From Octopus sinensis (Eukaryota), in contig NW_021825420.1 of assembly GCF_006345805.1 (NCBI RefSeq), positions 1-15,827 of the forward strand: a stretch of DNA of 15,827 nt, read 5' to 3'. The notes under the pieces were generated by a model. That model did no database searches and had not been told where the DNA came from. It was given only the letters and a program-made list of their open reading frames with translations. This document shows, one piece after another, positions 1-9,324 of this stretch; within the stretch, counting starts at the first letter, position 1, and every line of letters begins with the position of its first letter. The position numbers and the translations under genes were made by a program.

Positions 1-70
1 AGAAAGAGGAAAAAAATAAGATAGATAAAAATAGATAGATAGATGTGTGAGCATGTATACGCAATTGTAC

Positions 71-266
71 GTATATATATATAGATATATATGTATGTAT
101 GGTATGATGTATGTATGTATATGTATGTATGTATGTGTGTATGTATGTATGTATGTATATGTGTATGTGCGTTTGTATATATAAGTACACATACTTACAC
201 AGACATATATATACATATATATACACGCACATACACACATATGTGTATGTATGTATGTATGTATAC
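71..266. repeat. Compound microsatellite (TA)n/(TATG)n/(CA)n
   Basis: Direct runs of tatg/ta/ca; ORFs 91..303 and 111..308 are translations of it. Confidence 0.95.
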
Positions 267-600
267 ACCACCACCAAAGAGGTACTTAGTGTTATACATT
301 TAAATTAGCGTAGAAATATCTGTGATTGTAGAGATAATGTGCACAAGTGTATCAGTATGCTGATAAATTATATTGTAAAACGTGTTATATAATATTATAT
401 CCATATTATACTATTTGTAATATATTATATACATACATACATACGTACGTACATACATATGTGTGTGTACGTGTGTGCGTGTGCGCAACTTACGCACATT
501 CGCACACGTACGCACTGGCGTTATAACCACAGATGATAGTCTCAATCTAATCTAATTTAAACATACACTAAGTACGTCTTTGGTATTACACTGAGAGCAT

Positions 601-1241
601 AGAGACGCAGAGACACGGAGAGGACTTGCAGAGTTGCAGAGGCGGGGAGGAGGAGACGAGAGAGAGGAAGCAGAGGAGGACTCAAAGAGAGAGAGAGAGG
701 GGGAAGAAAGAGAGAGGGAGAGGAAGGCAGAAAGAACTAAAGAAAGAGGGGGGACGAGGAGGAGGCGAGAGAGAGAGGAAGCAGAGGAGGAGGAGTGAAA
801 GCGAGAGAGAGGGGGGTAAGAAAGATTTGGAAAGAGAGAGGGAGAGGAAGGCAGAAAGAACTAAAGAGAGAGTGAGAAAGAGAGAGAGCAGAAAGCGAGA
901 GAGTGAGCAGAAGGCGAGAGAGAGAGAGAAAGAGAGAGAGCAGAAGGCGAGAGAGAGAGAGAGAGAAAGAAGAGGAGGAGTGAAAGAGAGAGAAGGGGAA
1001 GAAAAAGTTGGAAAGAGAGAGGGAAACGAAGGCAGAATGAACCAAAAAGAAAGAAAGAGACGAGGAGGGGGAGGCGAGAGAGAGAGGAAGCAGAGGAGGA
1101 ATGAAAGAGAAAGAAGGGAAGAAGGCGGAGAAGAAAGAATTCGAAAAGAGAAGGAGAGGAAGACAGAAAGAACTAAAGAAGAAGCAGAAGAAGAAGAAGA
1201 AGAAGAAGAAGAAGAGGCGGTGGCGGAGGAGGAGGAGGGGG
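601..1241. repeat. Polypurine (GA/GAA/GGA) low-complexity tract with degenerate ~110-130 bp higher-order unit
   Basis: Almost all A/G on + strand. GGCAGAAAGAACTAAAG-like motif recurs with its central C at 737, 861, 1042 and 1173; GAAGCAGAGGAGGA recurs with its C at 671, 782 and 1091. Ends in (GAA)n. Confidence 0.9.
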
Positions 1242-1448
1242 AATATCGGGCGAAATAATAGACATATTTTACTGGTTCCTTTCTTAATCTGTCTTGATAA
1301 GGCATTTTTCATATTGCTTTTGTTATGTTCTCACGAGGCGAGGGAAGTGAAGAAGAGGTCGCTTAGGAAGACGGAAAATGAAATGTTTAGAAATAAAGCT
1401 AAGATATAACAACAGATAAAGAAGCTTGGACGGGTTATTGTCTAAGTT

Positions 1449-1762
1449 ATATATATGTGTGGTATGCATGCATACATACCTACATGCATATACACTTACA
1501 TATACATACACATACCTATGCATATATAAATATATTTAATATATAATTTAATATAGGCATACATATATGAGTGTGCTTGTATATATATAGATATGATTAA
1601 ATATACATGCATACACACAGTTATTATGTGCGTGTGTATGTGTATGTGTGTTTGCGCGTGTGTGTATCTATATATCTATAAGAGTGTTCAGGGGTGGTGG
1701 TGCGCATGTGTGTGTGTCTGTGTGTACGTGCGTGTATGTATGTGTGTGTGTGTGTGTGTGTG
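1449..1762. repeat. Mixed (TA)n/(TACA)n/(GT)n simple repeats
   Basis: Direct runs of ta, taca and gt units, ending in (GT)n at ~1740-1762. Confidence 0.85.
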
Positions 1763-1800
1763 ATACTTAGATCATTTTAATGAGAATATCCGGAGAGGAG

Positions 1801-1801
1801 A

Positions 1802-1843
<42 letters not shown>

Positions 1844-1906
1844 GTGTTGATGATGATGGTGTTGATGATGATGGTGTTGGTGATGGAGATGATGATGATG
1901 ATGGTG

Positions 1907-1938
<32 letters not shown>

Positions 1939-2012
1939 GATGATGGTGTTGGTGATGATGATGATGATGATGGTGTTGGTGATGGAGATGATGGAGATGA
2001 TGATGATGATGT

Positions 2013-2079
<67 letters not shown>

Positions 2080-2111
2080 GATGATGATGATGGTGTTGGT
2101 GATGATGATGA
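1801..2111. repeat. Long interrupted (GAT)n trinucleotide microsatellite
   Basis: About 100 GAT-type units interrupted only by in-register GGT/GTT/GGA triplets. Confidence 0.97.
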
Positions 2112-2305
2112 AGACCAGCAACAACTACAGCAAGAGTTTTGCAATCTTACTATCTTTATTCTATCCACCACATTCACCACACACACACACCTATAACATC
2201 CACTCACCCTTGTTTTCTTGATAACACGAGAAAGAAGTCAGAAGAAAGCGCAAGACAAGAAAGCAATGGAGCCTGGGACTAAAGGAACGTGTCAAACGAA
2301 AAGTT

Positions 2306-2350
2306 ATATCTCGCCATATCTCACCATATCTCGCCATATCTCTCATCTCT
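2306..2350. repeat. Short 10-bp tandem repeat (ATATCTCRCC) x3 plus decayed copies
   Basis: atatctcgcc/atatctcacc/atatctcgcc/atatctctc starting at 2306, 2316, 2326 and 2336. Confidence 0.85.
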
Positions 2351-2832
2351 CATCGTATCTCGTCTCCCGAAGGAACGTCAGCAGACGAGACAAATAAAAA
2401 ACTTTTTATACTTTACACTAAAATACATGCAAACACACTTAAACAACCCAGCCACACATACAATCAAATATTCACGCACACACACATGTAAGTATATATA
2501 TATATATATATATATTAATAAATGAAATAAAACATATGCATATATATAAACATATATGTACGTACCTACCTCTACATGTACATATACACGCATATATATA
2601 TATCTACACTCAGCAATGTATGCATATATGCACATATACACACATACATCAGTATACACACGCTGGACACCAACCAAAACGTGAGTGGAAATTTCGGCAG
2701 ATGCAATGAATTATGGGAAAGCCTTTTAGTTGAGATGAAATGCATAGAAACAATGACGTTGAAAAATGGCTACTTTTATGTTTCATGCAATCACCCACCT
2801 CTCTGTCTCCCTTTCTCTCACCATTTATTTAC

Positions 2833-2851
2833 ATGTATGTATGCATGTATG

Positions 2852-2898
<47 letters not shown>

Positions 2899-2903
2899 AT
2901 ATA
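2833..2903. repeat. (TATG)/(TA)/(GT)n microsatellite abutting the 3' end of SINE A
   Basis: Direct repeat runs adjoining the SINE tail at 2904. Confidence 0.9.
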
Positions 2904-3132
2904 TTTCTTTACTACCCACAAGGGGCTAAACACAGAGGGGACAAACAAAGACAGACAAAGGGATTAAGTCGATTACATCGACCCCAGTGCGAAACTGCTA
3001 CTTAATTTATCGACCCCGAAAGGATGAAAGGCAAAGTCGACCTCGGCGGAATTTGAACTCGCAATGTAACGACAGACGAAATACGGCTACGCATTTCGCC
3101 CGGCGTTCTAACGTTTCTGCCAGCTCGCCGCC
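2904..3132 (-). mobile_element. tRNA-derived SINE, family A (3' variant A1), near full length
   Basis: Reverse complement starts GGCGGCGAGCTGGCAGAAACGTTAG (Pol III A-box-like) and has GAGTTCAAATTCC (B-box-like; ggaatttgaactc at 3048-3060). Closely similar copy at 11935-12165; related copies at 6249, 6571 and 14799. Confidence 0.92.
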
Positions 3133-3466
3133 ATTGTGTGTGTGTGTGTGGGGGGGTATAGTGAGACAAACGAACATGCGCGTTAACCTTGTATTCCTTT
3201 ATTACATCTGTTACATGTGTTTCAGCATTCGATAATAAATGATATCAAACAATGAAAGCCATCTATTGATACACCTCAGAAGAACAGTATGCATAATCAA
3301 AACCGAACGTCTCCTGCGATAGAAAAACAGATGCATGGCATGCTTTTTATATAAAGACTACATGGATCAGAACGATTTTCACTGGTCGATCCTTTAAGCT
3401 ATGGTGTGTTACGATAGGGTACTTAAAGTATTCGCCTCGATTTTCCTATCCCTATTCCTTTTTGTA

Positions 3467-3554
3467 TTACTCTTTTACTCTTTTACTTGTTTCAGTCATT
3501 TGACTGCGGCCATGCTGGAGCACCGCCTTTAATCGAGCAACTCGACCCCGGGAC
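3467..3554 (-). mobile_element. 5'-truncated 3' end of SINE family B with tandem (AAAAGAGT)n tail
   Basis: Reverse complement matches ~12332-12427 (gtcccggg..tcgagttgctcgattaaagg..gtgctccagcatggccgcagtcaaatgactg..aaacaagtaaaagagtaa). Abrupt 5' truncation with a repeat tail is typical of target-primed retroposition. Confidence 0.9.
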
Positions 3555-3738
3555 GCACAATGCATACAACACACACACACTCAACACATTTACATAACAC
3601 GCACACATATGCATGTATGTATGTTTATATATATATCCAATGAAAAGGAGAAAACAAAGAAAATTCTTAATGTCTGTTTGTATGTATATACTATGTATAT
3701 ATACATATAATTGTATCATTGTATCGATAATACTATTG

Positions 3739-3823
3739 GATGTTGTTACACACCGCTAGGCACAATGCGTTTCTTCGCTTTGTTATAGCTTTGTAATGAT
3801 GCCACCTTGCTGGCAAAGCAGGC
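3739..3823 (+). mobile_element. Fragment of dispersed repeat module F
   Basis: gatgttgttacacaccgctaggcacaatgcgt...gatgccacc matches gatgttgttacacatcgctggtcacaatgcgt...gacgccacc at 15386-15433. Confidence 0.7.
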
Positions 3824-3825
3824 AA

Positions 3826-3841
3826 TATGTATGTGTGTGTG

Positions 3842-3894
<53 letters not shown>

Positions 3895-3922
3895 GTATGT
3901 GTGTATGTATGTATGTATGTAT
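3826..3922. repeat. (GT)/(TA)/(TATG) compound microsatellite
   Basis: Direct repeat runs. Confidence 0.9.
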
Positions 3923-4643
3923 GATTAATAGACCAAAGTGTACGTACGCCGCTAACCGCTTCTCACGGGTGAGAGCATTAGCTGCGCGCGCGCGTGTCTA
4001 AGCATGCTTTCCATCTCCTCATTCGATCACTAAATGGAAACGCTGAACTTGAAACCTTAATTAGATTGTCGTTGTTACTACACAAACCACGGCCGCTCCC
4101 TTATCTATTTGCTTCAAATGAGACCAGGATTCAATGATCCATTATCCGTTGGCTGAGAGAGAAAGAGAGAAATATGTATCAAGAGAGTCATCTCACACTT
4201 CCCTCTTTATCTCTCCATCTACGTCGTTTGTTGCCTATGTACTGTTATTCTCCTCGAAGACGGTCACACATATATATACTCACACACACTAACACATAAC
4301 TATAAAGGCTACCCACACTTATACGTTTTGTTGTATGGAATATAAAATATCAGATTGACGTTGAGATAAACCATAGAAGTTGTTATTGTTTGATGCAAAA
4401 GATTTCAATTTCCTTTCTGCTAAAACTTAGGTCTTTTATATGGTCTCCCAACAGCTGCTGGGAGGTGAACTAACTTATTGAAAATAATACATAGTCTTTT
4501 GTGGTACATCCTGCGTGATACATATATGTGTTGTATATGGGTGACAGCCTTGAGACCTCATCAGAAAATAAATAATAAATAGTTGGAGTATTTGTAAGAA
4601 TATTTTAGCTGTGCGTTGTGCATGGATATTGCGAGCGTGAAAT

Positions 4644-4683
4644 GTTTGAGGTATGTTGCTGTTGTTAGCAACATACCTCAAAC
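4644..4683. other. Perfect 17-bp inverted repeat with 6-nt loop
   Basis: GTTTGAGGTATGTTGCT (4644-4660) - GTTGTT - AGCAACATACCTCAAAC (4667-4683); the arms are exact reverse complements. Confidence 0.95.
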
Positions 4684-4723
4684 GACTATATGTACGTTAT
4701 ATCAGGTCAGCTCTGATAGAACA

Positions 4724-4953
4724 TACAGCCGTAGCCAAAAGTTTGAAACATTTTTTTAAAATCAAAATTTGTACAATTTGATTCAAACACAAAGTATATA
4801 TTTGGGCATTTGATATAAAAAATTTAATTTTCAGACCTATGTTCCAAACTTTTGGCCAAGTTATAATATATTTCATATCAAATATAATTTTTGGTATTTG
4901 GTATAAAAATTCTCATTTTCAGAGCTGTCTTCCAAACTTTTGGCCACGACTTA
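4724..4953. mobile_element. Non-autonomous Tc1/mariner-type DNA transposon (MITE-like, 226 bp) with TA target-site duplication
   Basis: Left end TA|CAGCCGTAGCCAAAAGTTTGAAACA (4726-4750). Right end TTCCAAACTTTTGGCCACGACT|TA (4930-4953) is its imperfect inverse, lacking the terminal G. A third TIR-core copy TGTTCCAAACTTTTGGCCA lies at 4840-4858. CAG..G..GCCAAAAGTTT ends plus a TA TSD are Tc1-like. Confidence 0.85.
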
Positions 4954-5179
4954 TGTATAAGTCACTCAGTCGTTTACCACCACCACATAAGCTCTTTGTA
5001 GTGTATTTATTTAGTTCACATCCCTTACGCTGAAGAGAACTCCTCTTCTTCCCACTACAACTGGATGGTCTAAAAGAAAGTAAAGAACGCTCTTTTTTTT
5101 TCCCACTAAGTCATGCAAAAGGGCTTTCCATTTACGACCATCCTATATGTTCTTTTTCTCTTCAGACATAGCGTACTCC

Positions 5180-5287
5180 GGGCTACATTATCTAATCTGC
5201 TTTTGTTTTTAAGACGATAGATAGTGCTGGGTTTAAAAGAAACTTCGCTGCTATTTCTAGCTGGTGTATGAGCTACGTAGAGGCTCC
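5180..5287 (-). mobile_element. Degenerate copy of old dispersed repeat E
   Basis: Reverse complement GGAGCCTCTACGTAGCTC..CCAGCTAGAAATAGCAGCGAAG..CGTCTTAAAAACAAAAGCAGATTAGATAATGTAGCCC resembles 6803-6910 (GGAGCCGCTG..CCTGCTAGAAATAGTGACGAA..ATTAGATTATATAATCC). Confidence 0.6.
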
Positions 5288-5383
5288 AGTCTCGGTTCTT
5301 ATAAGCAAATTTACTTTAAATTTCTTTTGGCTGTGTGTAAAAGCTTAATTATCTGTCCAGTTTAATAATGAATTAATTGATGG

Positions 5384-5647
5384 TTGCTGATAATGTAATT
5401 GTTGTCATTAGTGTTGCTAATGTTGCAATTGTCACCGTTGTTATTGCTATCGTTTTTGTGTTGATATTGTCGTTATTTTCGCTGTTGTCGTTGTTGTGAT
5501 GGTAGCAGTTATTGTTTTTATTAATACAGTTGTTGTTATTGTTATTGATGCCATCAAAATTGTCACTGCAATAATGTTGTTGTTATTATCATCGTCGTCG
5601 TCATCGTCTAACAGTTCTTGTCGTTATTGCTACCGTTGCCGTTATTC
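5384..5647. repeat. Highly degenerate (GTT/ATT/GTC)n low-complexity tract
   Basis: Persistent NTT/NTG triplet periodicity; explains ORF 5496..5717. Confidence 0.8.
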
Positions 5648-5679
5648 ATTTAACCTAAGTTTAACTATAGTACTTTCCT

Positions 5680-6048
5680 ATGGCCCAGTGGTTAGGGCAG
5701 CGGACTCGCGGTCGTAGGATAGCGGTTTCGATTCCCAGACCGGGCGTTGTGAGTGTTTATTGAGCGAAAACACCTAAAGCTCCACGCGGCTCCGGCAGGG
5801 GTGGTGGTGATCCCTGCTGTACTCTTTCACCACAACTTTCTCTCACTCTTTCTTCCTGTTTCTGTTGTACCTGTATTTCAAATGGCCGGCCTTGTCACTC
5901 TCTGTTGTCACACGCTGAATATCCCCGAGAACTACGTTGGGTACACGTGTCTGTGGAGTGCTCAGCCACTTACACGTTAATTTCACGAGCAGGCTGTTCC
6001 GTTCATCGGATCAACCGGAACCCTCGTCGTCGGAATCGACGGAGTGCT
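5680..6048 (+). mobile_element. tRNA-derived SINE, family C, nearly full length
   Basis: A-box-like TGGCCCAGTGG (5681-5691) and B-box-like GGTTTCGATTCCC (5724-5736). First ~150 nt differ from the inverted copy at 15555-15719 by about 4 substitutions and 2 small indels; 3' part matches the fragment at 10336-10454. Confidence 0.9.
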
Positions 6049-6104
6049 TCCAATATAGTACTTTCCAATTGTGGCCATCCCATGCCAATCCTATTGGTTT
6101 CCTC

Positions 6105-6172
6105 AAGGGTAGTAGAGCAAGATTTGAGGAACATGCGCTTGCTATTCCTAGTCGGTTGAGACCCTTAGGCTA
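6105..6172 (-). mobile_element. Very degenerate copy of repeat E
   Basis: Reverse complement contains CCGACTAGGAATAGCAAGCGCATGTTCCTCAAATC, resembling the CTGCTAGAAATAGCA...AAAT core of the other E copies. Confidence 0.4.
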
Positions 6173-6248
6173 GCAATGGATTATTTCGTTAGTTTATATA
6201 TGTTTATTTAATTAGTTATTGTGAATTGCAATCTATATGACCTTTCAA

Positions 6249-6394
6249 TTCTGAGCTCAAATTCCGCCGAGATCGACTTTGCCTTTCAACCTTTAGGAAG
6301 CGATAAAATAGTACCAGCTGAACACTGGTGACGATGTAATCAATTTACTCTCTTCCTCAAAATTGCTGGCCCTGGGCCAAAATTCGAGAAACCA
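6249..6394 (+). mobile_element. SINE family A (3' variant A2), 5'-truncated, diverged
   Basis: TTCTGAGCTCAAATTCCGCCGAGATCGACTTTGCCTTTCA matches the family A body; 3' end AAAATTGCTGGCCCTGGGCCAAAATTCGAGAAACC matches 6571-6773 and 14799-15011. Confidence 0.85.
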
Positions 6395-6441
6395 GTAGTG
6401 GTTGTAGTAGTAGCAATAGCAGCAGCAGTAGTAGTAGTAGT

Positions 6442-6472
<31 letters not shown>

Positions 6473-6497
6473 CAGTAGTAGTAGTAGTAGTAGTAGT

Positions 6498-6549
<52 letters not shown>

Positions 6550-6573
6550 TAGTAGTAGTAGTAGTAGTAGTAG
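6394..6573. repeat. Compound (GTA)n/(GCA)n trinucleotide microsatellite
   Basis: GTA runs flanking 14 consecutive GCA units (6499-6540); explains the poly-Leu/poly-Cys/poly-Tyr ORFs. Confidence 0.97.
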
Positions 6574-6773
6574 AATCGTTAGGAAGCTGGGCGAAATTCT
6601 CAGCCGCATTTCGTCTGTCTTTACGTTCTGAGTTCAAATTCCACCAAGGTCCACTTTGCCTTTCATTCCTTCAGTGGTCAATAAAACAAGTACTAGTTGA
6701 GCACTGGGGGTCGATGTAATCGACTTAACCCCTTCCCCGAAAATGCTGGCCTTGTACCAAAACTAAAAACCAA
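6571..6773 (+). mobile_element. SINE family A (3' variant A2), lacking the first few nt
   Basis: AGAATCGTTAG..GGGCGAAAT..CATTTCGTCTGTCTTTACGTTCTGAGTTCAAATTCC (B-box) ..CACTGGGGGTCGATGTAATCGACTTAA..AAATGCTGGCCTTGTACCAAAA. Confidence 0.88.
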
Positions 6774-6802
6774 TATGATGCTGAAACTGATGAACCAAAG
6801 CG

Positions 6803-6910
6803 GGAGCCGCTGAATGGTTGTCCGACCTGCTAGAAATAGTGACGAAAATCTCATTCATAAGAGACATTAAGATAAAATAGAGGATACATTAGATTATATA
6901 ATCCTACGCA
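6803..6910 (+). mobile_element. Degenerate copy of repeat E (a further weak copy may lie at ~6953-7010)
   Basis: GGAGCCGCTGAATGGTTGTCCGACCTGCTAGAAATAG aligns with the reverse complement of 5250-5287. Confidence 0.55.
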
Positions 6911-7362
6911 CATTAACAACCTCCAAAAGAAAAGCCATTTAATACTCGATAAGTCTGATAGTAGTAACAACCCAAATCCCTCTTAAAATACACCCGGCTA
7001 TTTAAACAAAAGATAATATATAAGATATGCAAAGATGGTGTATCTTTAATAACTGGAATACCGTTGATCACGTGTCTACTCCGTCATGGACGACATGCAG
7101 TTAAACAACGAACGCAACAACAACAGCGGTAACAACGCTGAATAAGATGTTGGAACCATAGTTAGTTAAGAAGCAGATGAAAGTAGACAAGTAAGTACTA
7201 CTCCGAATAAATCTTTGTCAGCAAACTGTTTTGGAAGATGAAAGCCATGAAGAAATATCTGTCAAAATGTCTGTTTCTAAAGCTATCTGATACATCGGTT
7301 TAGAAGTATTATGTGTTGTACAAGAATGCGTGTAGGTGACTCAAGTTAGCTTAGCGATCTTG

Positions 7363-7826
7363 CGTGCGTGCGTGTGTAGATGTAGGTAGTCCATGTGAGA
7401 GCAGGAGTGCGTGTGAGGAGAGGTATATGCGTGTGTCTTGTTATATGTGCGTGTCTTTGTGTGTGTGTGTGTGTGTATCTATGTTTTGTGTGTATGTGTG
7501 TTCGCGCGCGCGTGCATTTAAAAAAGTGATATATTGAATATGACTGATGAGAAAATGTAGGTATATGATATCTATACACAGGTGAGGTTAATATTTAGAT
7601 GTATATAGGTGTGTACATAGAGGTGTCCTTCTTATGTGAAATGTAAGATGAGTGTATGCACATATGTATATGTATATATGTGTGTGTTTGTGTGTGTGTG
7701 TATGTGTGTGTTTGTGTGTGTGTGTGTGTGAATGTATTGTACTTATGCATGAGAGTGTGCATTCCTTTGTATACACACACACACACACACACACTACCAA
7801 ACACATACAAACACACATATATATAT
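7363..7826. repeat. Patchy (GT)n/(GCGT)n/(CA)n simple repeats
   Basis: Runs at ~7363-7516, 7660-7730 and 7770-7826; these explain the local ORFs. Confidence 0.75.
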
Positions 7827-7914
7827 GTTTACAGAAGAGGAGACACGGGAGAAGAGGAGGAGGGCAGGAGGATTACGACGACGAGCAGGACGAGTAGGAT
7901 GAGGAAGATGAGGA

Positions 7915-7972
7915 GTGTGGCTTAGTCGTTAGGGTGATTGTGCTGATCGTAGGTTGAGGGTTCGACTGCAGG
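7915..7972 (+). mobile_element. Degenerate isolated tRNA-like SINE head
   Basis: GTGTGGCTTAGTCGTTAGGG (A-box-like) ..GATCGTAGGTTGAGGGTTCGACT (B-box-like); layout parallels the family D head at 15730 (..GATCGTGAGGTTGTGAGCTCGAAT). Confidence 0.55.
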
Positions 7973-8122
7973 TTTCATCCCTGACTAAAGATCTTGGTTT
8001 CGGGTTGTTCCAACCGAATTAACTGAAAATGATGAGTCTACGGGTGTACTTTAGGGTGTACTGTACTCTCAGAGGCTTAAACGCCTACAAAACAGGGATA
8101 TATATATATATATATACATATA

Positions 8123-8253
8123 GATTTGGAAATTTTTTTCCCAAATTATTTATATTAATATACGATAAATAAGACCCCAAAGTACGTTATGTAGATGCAT
8201 ATAACGCTGTAGGGTTACACCTGATTGATTTGGAAATTTGTTTTCCCAAATTA
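8123..8253. repeat. Two direct copies of a 26-27 bp quasi-palindrome, 104 bp apart
   Basis: GATTTGGAAATTTTTTTCCCAAATTA (8123-8148) and GATTTGGAAATTTGTTTTCCCAAATTA (8227-8253). Confidence 0.85.
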
Positions 8254-8294
8254 TATAATATATATGTCTTAATATATATATATATATCTAAAAG

Positions 8295-8449
8295 TTTTTT
8301 TGTTTCTCTCTCTGTTTATTTCATCGTGTCCTTTCGGGTTGAAGAGCGTAGGCTCGAAACATAAAGGATTGTCCTCACCTTCCGGAGCGTCAAATCAAAC
8401 TAATACACTTGCTTCTTGTTTATACACCTGTTTTCCTGTAAATTTCAAC
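8295..8449 (+). mobile_element. Small (TA)n-flanked repeat, copy 1, carrying a hammerhead-like motif (putative Penelope-like-element terminal-repeat derivative)
   Basis: Shares the exact 20-mer GAAGAGCGTAGGCTCGAAAC (8341-8360) and downstream GAGCGT..ACTAATACA..TACAC with the copy at ~10465-10655. Confidence 0.7.
8329..8368 (+). ncRNA. Degenerate minimal type-I hammerhead-ribozyme-like motif (probably inactive)
   Basis: TCCTTT / CGGGTTGA / A / GAGC-GTAG-GCTC / GAAAC / AT / AAAGGA. Stem I (TCCTTT:AAAGGA) and stem II are present, but the core and cleavage triplet are altered. Confidence 0.4.
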
Positions 8450-8450
8450 T

Positions 8451-8500
8451 ACATATATATATATATAATAATACATATATTGTGTATATATATATATATA

Positions 8501-8549
<49 letters not shown>
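8451..8549. repeat. (TA)n microsatellite
   Basis: Direct run with few interruptions. Confidence 0.95.
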
Positions 8550-8552
<3 letters not shown>

Positions 8553-8570
8553 GATTTATACATTTATCAC

Positions 8571-8785
8571 TTACTTGTTGCAGTCATTTGACTGTAGCCA
8601 TGCAGAGGCGCCGCCTTGAAAGCTTTTAGTCGAACAAATCGACCCCAGGGCTAATGTTCTTTTTTTTTTAGCCTAGTACTTATTCTATCGGTCTCATTGG
8701 CCGAACCGTTAAGTTACCAGTATGTAATCACACCCAACGCATTCTTTGTCAAGCGGGAGAAGGGGGACAAACAAAGACATACACA
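8571..8785 (-). mobile_element. 3' half of SINE family B, diverged
   Basis: Reverse complement aligns with 12200-12400 (tttgtcccc..cttgacaa..aacttaacggttcggc..gagaccgatagaataagtactaggct..ctggggtcgatttgttcgactaaa..gcatggctacagtcaaatgactg). Confidence 0.85.
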
Positions 8786-8794
8786 ATCAGAGAT

Positions 8795-9324
<530 letters not shown>

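Noticed and set aside
1780-2196. 138-aa Asp/Gly-rich ORF reminiscent of acidic mollusc biomineral proteins such as Aspein
   Set aside because: Asp in the tract is encoded only by GAT, four overlapping frames are open, and there is no signal peptide. This is the signature of a trinucleotide microsatellite; RNA-seq would be needed to revive it.
2358-2390. 8-bp stem TCTCGTCT:AGACGAGA
   Set aside because: Short stem with a 17-nt loop; chance level.
3187-3345. Splice-acceptor-like pyrimidine tract ending TTTCAG (3225); similar signals at 5165 (acceptor), 2681 and 7191 (donors)
   Set aside because: All three frames after 3225 stop within 10 codons, the 5165 site leads into repeat E, and no coherent exon chain can be built. 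A non-coding exon cannot be excluded.
4647-4668. let-7-like miRNA (TGAGGTA start)
   Set aside because: Matches only the first 7 nt; a 22-mer would run through the loop and the stem is too short.
5680-5745. tRNA genes at SINE heads (also 3050-3132, 7915-7972, 11750-11815, 15645-15719, 15730-15790)
   Set aside because: A/B boxes are present, but no complete cloverleaf or acceptor stem was found and each continues into a repeated SINE body.
8123-8253. CRISPR-like repeat-spacer-repeat
   Set aside because: Only two repeats, the spacer is too long, the context is eukaryotic and there are no cas genes.
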